Positions 58,617 through 64,000 of a DNA stretch of 64,000 nucleotides are shown in pieces (the first letter of the stretch is position 1; each line of letters starts with the position of its first letter). This stretch comes from Lepidodermella squamata (Eukaryota > Animalia > Gastrotricha): positions 558,001 to 622,000 of the forward strand of contig JBLDXI010000036.1 of NCBI GenBank assembly GCA_047495785.1. The letters run 5' to 3'. Position numbers and translations under genes: made by a program. The notes beneath the pieces are model-generated. The model was given only the letters and a program-made list of their open reading frames with translations, searched no databases and was not told the origin of the DNA.

Positions 58617-59701
58617 TGGCAAGTTCCGAAGGAAAATACGTGCGACGTTATGCGTTAACTCCCGTCGCAGCAGGAGCAACTGCTACTACCAGTAAAACCT
58701 TCGTTTCCGAAGGGGATAAAAATGGTGAAATTGCTGATCTGAAGCGCGTTATACGTGAAGCTACTCAGGTTCCACAAAAGGCCCAGCTCCAACGCCACAC
58801 TGAAGCTATGCTTGATTTACTGTCTCCAAATTCAGAAGCAGCCAGTGATCCGAGAGCTCAACTTGCACGGTTCAACGCTGCTTTCTCAGACTTTCAAAGC
58901 GTCATTAGAAATCTGAAGCGTGCAGAAAAGGAACAGGAAGATGAAATAGTGAATAAGCAAACAGTCAAAAAAAGCTCAGCCACAGCACCCAATACTATCG
59001 ATGATGATGACGAAGAGATGAATGAAAAACACATCCCGCTGGGATCATCTACACCGAAGTCTAGATTTCATCGCATACCATCCTTGCTAAAAACATCACC
59101 AAGTAAATGGAGAACGTTGCACCCCATTTTACGTGGCATAGCAAAGAATCGCAGGGGTCGACCAGCATTGTTAAAATCATCCGTAGGGCGGGCTGATAAT
59201 GGAACCCTTCCAAAGTTGGAGTCGATTGAAGCTGAAATAAATGAAGATGAAGCCCCACTTGCTAGCTATGAATTATCACACCCTGAAGATGCTGCCATTG
59301 TTGGAAAATTCAAAACAAAAACTAAGCAGCAAAAAGTAGCACGAATGATCAATGAGTTGCGCGCTAGTCAAGACAGTGTTATACTTGATCGCAACCACCT
59401 CAAATTGCTATCTGATGATGGAAGCATCAAGGATGCATTTGACACTGACCAATTTCTGGATTTAGCAACTGAAAAAAATGTACCTAGTAGTATGATGAAT
59501 GAGAGTATGAGGAGACGAATGCGAAATGTCGTACGTGCCGCGAAACTCACCGTTCAAAATCCACGCCTCGATCGCACGGAACTCGAATTGAGGGATGGTA
59601 CACGGACATCGGCAGGACCGTCACATGTAAGCAATCAGAAACACGGACGACGTAGAAAACGGGAGCGTCAATGGCTGGCATGGATCCCGAAGCGACCTTA
59701 G
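58616..59701 (+). CDS. Polinton hypothetical protein (361 aa)
   Basis: Long ORF in the gene block, TAATG overlap at the start, AATAAA downstream at ~59744. Confidence 0.7.
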   Translation: MASSEGKYVRRYALTPVAAGATATTSKTFVSEGDKNGEIADLKRVIREATQVPQKAQLQRHTEAMLDLLSPNSEAASDPRAQLARFNAAFSDFQSVIRNLKRAEKEQEDEIVNKQTVKKSSATAPNTIDDDDEEMNEKHIPLGSSTPKSRFHRIPSLLKTSPSKWRTLHPILRGIAKNRRGRPALLKSSVGRADNGTLPKLESIEAEINEDEAPLASYELSHPEDAAIVGKFKTKTKQQKVARMINELRASQDSVILDRNHLKLLSDDGSIKDAFDTDQFLDLATEKNVPSSMMNESMRRRMRNVVRAAKLTVQNPRLDRTELELRDGTRTSAGPSHVSNQKHGRRRKRERQWLAWIPKRP

Positions 59702-59968
59702 CTAATATGTATTATATATCTTATGATCATGTTAAGACTCTAAAATAAAATAATAACATTGATGATTATGATATGGGCGTTTTCTCCGAATTTTATTATG
59801 TAAGGAGGATTAAGGTGTTCCTAATTGAGCAGGGAAGATTAATGGATTAAGGAGGATTATTATGCTGTTCCCAATCAGATATAGTGCACCACGCTTTCCC
59901 GGACCTAACCAGACGGATGTCAAACTTATCGGCAGCTCCATCGACCAGAACTATATATAAATTCATTT

Positions 59969-60322
59969 TTAGTAGTAAAACATTAGAGTAATAGAAAAAG
60001 TAATACCACACAAAATGCTGTCATCATGTATGTGTGTCCAGTCATACACTACCATCAGGTCTTCAACACGAGCCGGCTTGTGGCCCCAATCAGCTGGCCA
60101 ATTTCTGTAAATGCGACGTTTGAGCGCCAAAATATCGTAAGCGTAACGATCGCAGATGAATACCATCGGGTTGTAGTCTCTCCAGTAAACAGAAACGCGA
60201 ACCTCATACTCCAGCATGCAGCATTCCGTGTTCTCAAATATGGAGTATGTGTCAGAAACGCCACTTAAATCAGACCAGCTGCTGCTGCTTGAATCTGATG
60301 ACGAGGAAGTCTCATATGCCAT
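59969..60322 (-). CDS. Ubiquitin-like (UBL3/MUB-like) domain protein
   Basis: LALKRRIYRNWPADW...DLMVVY resembles the UBL3/MUB NWP.DW signature. Confidence 0.5.
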   Translation of the reverse strand: MAYETSSSSDSSSSSWSDLSGVSDTYSIFENTECCMLEYEVRVSVYWRDYNPMVFICDRYAYDILALKRRIYRNWPADWGHKPARVEDLMVVYDWTHIHDDSILCGITFSITLMFYY

Positions 60323-60410
60323 TCATAAAATTCTAAGATTTGAGAGTAGTAGTTCGTTATATCATTTGCGACATAGATGGGTTGATTTTATTAAATGTTG
60401 AAGATGATTA

Positions 60411-60812
60411 TTAGGAGTCAGTGATTTTCCTGTAACTACAGGCCCTCTCGTGAGTACGTATGTTATTCGAGAGGGACGTGTAATTACATCCAGATTTGGT
60501 GTATGAGCATCGAAACTGCAGCTTGGATAGAACTTTCCGGAGAGGAGGCGGACCTGGATTGATGTGAAAAAGCGAAAATGGGCATCTACAAAGTGGACAG
60601 GTGGACATAGCGAAAATTGTCCTGCAAACATCCGCAGTCGCTCTGTGCCATTCATAGATACAGCGCTCGCAATATGAATGCTGGCAGTTGTTCAGAAAAA
60701 CTGGAAACCGCTTGACAGCGAGGCAAATCGAACATGTTATCTCTCGCAGAATTTGGCACGGATCTATTAGATGATCCGTAACAACCCGATCGACTTCCAG
60801 TTGACGAGGCAT
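60411..60812 (-). CDS. RING-HC + TRAF-type zinc finger E3 ligase
   Basis: CSIC...CQHSYCERC...CPLCR followed by LSKLQFRC...GC...HERAC. Confidence 0.85.
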   Translation of the reverse strand: MPRQLEVDRVVTDHLIDPCQILREITCSICLAVKRFPVFLNNCQHSYCERCIYEWHRATADVCRTIFAMSTCPLCRCPFSLFHINPGPPPLRKVLSKLQFRCSYTKSGCNYTSLSNNIRTHERACSYRKITDS

Positions 60813-60876
60813 TTATGCAATTGAGGAAAATTCAAATAAAGGTCTAAGATTTAAAAAAAACAACGTTTTTGCGGTC

Positions 60877-63800
60877 CTATTGTACTGGTTTATGCCGGTA
60901 GCCGTAAGGTACTGAGCAGAAGGTAATCGGATTAAAGATTCTCTTGTTGTTCAGTTGAGGAGTAACTCTTTTCTCGATTTCAACTAACGAAACAGATGCT
61001 GGGACATGACATCTTGAGAACACCTTTTGTGGGATGACAAGACCCACATCCGATTTTCCACTAGATGCTGCGAAGTAAGAGTGCAGTAAGTGTTCCATCG
61101 ACTCGTGTGTAAGAATGCTGTCAGAGAAACTTTGAGATATCCCTGTGAACAATTAAATCAAATCTATCGAAGAGTTGTTATTAGCTGAGAAAATTACCCT
61201 TATACTTGATCTCACATCTCCCCAAGTTACTACGCCATGAATAACTTTTACTAGCCACGGCGAAGAAAGATTCGATAAATTCTCCTTTGTCTTCGCGAAG
61301 TTCTGCCTTGAACTCCCCTGTAACGGTTGGAGGTGATTGGCTATTGACATTGAACATACAACTTACCCAAGTGGATGCCTTGTTTCAAATCTTCGTCACC
61401 TGGTCGGAGCAGGTAAATTACGGAATCCGCTGTAGGCAGTGCACCAGGATTAAGAAGCGATTTCAAAACTTGGATGAAACTTACTATCGACATATAGAAG
61501 CCTGTCCCCTAATTTTTCCATCTAAATTTCAGATTAAGTTGGGTATCGTAGTAGAGGCAAGGTGCTAACCTGTTCGTATAAGGTGAGTCTGGAATAGGCA
61601 GTAATGAAACTTGCCAGTATTTCTGCCGTATTGTTTGAGGGTTCCTCATGTCCATTGCTAACAGAGTATGTCACACGGACTCTTTGAGATGAGTCATCAA
61701 CGCCGATAGGGTGAATAGAATGAACCTCAAAACTTGGAGAGTCCATTATTTCGATCAGTTCATGAGACTCCTCCAGATATTTAGTTACTGGATTTGAAGT
61801 TTTTAAACAAAACCGTCCGAAAAAGCTTAAATTTGTTAGAACCAAGCTGCAAAGTTTTTAAAACTGGAAAATATTCTAATCAGACCTATTTTGCAGAATT
61901 TTGGAAATCTGCCGGAGAGCTGGATTAGGATTAGCTAGTTGAGTTTTGCATGGTTCGAATCCATACCGCTCTTTGCATTCCCGCACGAACTCTTCCGGGT
62001 TGATATTTGAGGGAATACTTGAGTTAGATATTTTCATGTGTTGCAATGATAAGATAAACTCGCGAAATCCGAGATTCGATTTCATCGGAAAATGAAAAAT
62101 TTCGTAAAACTCCAGTACGTGATAGCCCAGCTCGGTGGCCTTTCTCAATTCTTCCGAAACCCACACCCCGCAAAATGACCTATCCTCGATACTATGACAG
62201 CATTCTGTAGTTGTATTTTTATCGAGGTAGCACTTCCGACATAGAATGAACACGAGCCGTTCTTCGTCTGCGGATTTCCACCCTAAAAGGGGAAGGAGTA
62301 AATTCGGCGCGAGAACCTAAGCAATGAAACCGTGAGGATACGGTTACGGTAATACTACAGCATATTCTAACCTTGGCGCTAACTAATCCGAATGAATGTT
62401 CCTCGAAAAAGTGTTTTCGAAGCCAGGCATCATCCATTCTCCTCCGCATGACCTCTTTCGATATATGCCCATGTGGATAGAGTTTGTTAGCACATGACGC
62501 GGGATACAAGCTTACAGCATCTCGAATGAGAATCTTCTCGCCGGGTTTAACTATGCACTTTGCCACAAAGGGCTCGTTCCTACCGCCCTTCATTAATACG
62601 AATTTTGGAAAAAGAGAATAAGAGAATTGTTAAGATCGTACCTGAAGAGCGGATCGAGGCTTTATCTGCTCAACGACTTTGAAGTTCGCATCAACATATT
62701 TCGCAATATCAGGATTATCCCTTAAGAAAGCGGCCCATTCGCATGAGTAAATGGTAGTCACTGGATAAAGTTCTCGCAAAGCTGCAATGTGCTTTGAGGT
62801 TTCGTATGATAGCTGTCCAAACGATTTCATGAGCAGAAAATTCATTTTGTTCTCCGGATAACAATGATGTCCATGATGATAGCATCCTGCAGCGAACCTC
62901 AAGTTGAGATTATTTCACTGTCACGTTTCACTCACCTAAAAATTCGAAGCAGCGTACGATATCCCCCGTCTGCTGATTTCGTACTATACCATCGATTTTG
63001 CGCATGCCATTGCGTGTTCGAACACGCACCTCTCGACCGTTCAACGCTGACTCTATAACAACATTCGTGCTCATCGAAATGTACCATAACCATTGGTTTG
63101 CTATCCGGCTAGCTGTATCCCTAAGACAGTAACCTTGGGGTGGTAGGATCGCTATAGATTGAGGAATCATATATTTGAGCTGAAGTGAGCATGAAATGAT
63201 GAGAAATGTATTTTACAGTAAATCAGCCTTTACCTTGAATATGAGATGAGCCAGGGAAGATAAGCTGAGAACATTAGCGAAGCAATCTACGCCTAAAGGA
63301 GCCCGTTCACATGTGGAGAGCTGGAGAATCCACTGTCGGAAGCGCATCGCTCCTAGTCGTAATATTATAACATCCATTGACACGTATTTTCGCATTTCAG
63401 CTTGGAAGTCGTAGATTGCCCCAGAAGCCTGCTTTTCCGAAATCATATCGCGAAGGCTTGCTACTTCACTAGGTGATAGTTTCGACAGGTCGTAGTTTTC
63501 TATGGATGGCCAAGACCCTCGATAGAATAGATTCTCAGGTTTGTGAAACACATGTGGAAAGTGTAGTTTCCCAATATCTTTTCCTAAATCCCCCAAAGAG
63601 AATGCTGCTGGAATGCTCGATAAGGGACAATTCAGGAATAAATAGGAATCTATGAATCTAAAAATATTGGAGACATTGCACTGAAAAAGTAATGCAGCGG
63701 TATCACCTTGGCCCTGTAGTCCCGCCACATCGAAGCTCCATTACTCGATTATTCCGCTCTACAGTCGTGATTCTAACATTGTTTTCTTGGCAATACTGGA

Positions 63801-64000
63801 GGGCGAACAGTGTATCGAATCTTCCTGTGATCCATTTAAAATACCCAGATAATATAATCACTGAGAAAACGACGTCTACCTCCATAATGGCTGATAATAG
63901 TGAGATTCCTGTGCTTTTCGTTCAAAACAAAGCGCATGAATGCGGGAAAACTGTCTTCGCTATCGTAGAAGAAGATTTCTCTGCAGCCATTCTCGCATAC
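60877..64000 (-). CDS. polB: Protein-primed family B DNA polymerase, 5'-incomplete in the window, 11 introns
   Basis: Spliced motifs SHYG|GRFD, R|FIDS, EFL|GCYHHG, ALQ|GGRNE, DAVSLYP, KILQN|SFFGRF, YVD|TDS, KYK|GI, PYGY. Confidence 0.92.

Larger units (their letters stand above)
50941..64000. mobile_element. Polinton/Maverick (adintovirus-like) element, continuing past the window end
   Basis: Integrase, minor and major capsid, adenain, A32-like ATPase and pPolB are clustered. The left terminus is inferred at AGGAGGAGG (50941) because Polinton ends start with AG-based short repeats. Confidence 0.95.

Overview
Compact-intron (mostly 48-61 nt) invertebrate animal genomic DNA. Much of the real gene content is invisible in the ORF track because of splicing. 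From left to right the window holds: a frameshifted class C GPCR; a tandem triplication of a 3-exon gene encoding signal peptide + Sushi/CCP domain + variable ankyrin array, riddled with MITEs and LINE fragments; a 1423-aa ORF fusing a TMEM26-like membrane domain in frame to a complete LINE endonuclease/RT; three related orphan class A GPCRs; a broken Ly6-like GPI protein; three RING-CH membrane E3 genes; a secreted i-type lysozyme fused to an M15/Hedgehog-like zinc peptidase domain; a stand-alone glutaminase-type ankyrin gene; a small secreted peptide; a secreted ankyrin protein; and an MTAP fragment. From about 50941 to the window end lies a Polinton/Maverick (adintovirus-like) element with integrase, minor and major capsid, core proteins, adenain, a truncated ATPase and pPolB. 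It also carries a TBP-like gene, a UBL3-like gene and a RING E3, and has at least 14 short spliceosomal introns (11 in pPolB). All family calls come from motif recognition by eye; no searches were run.
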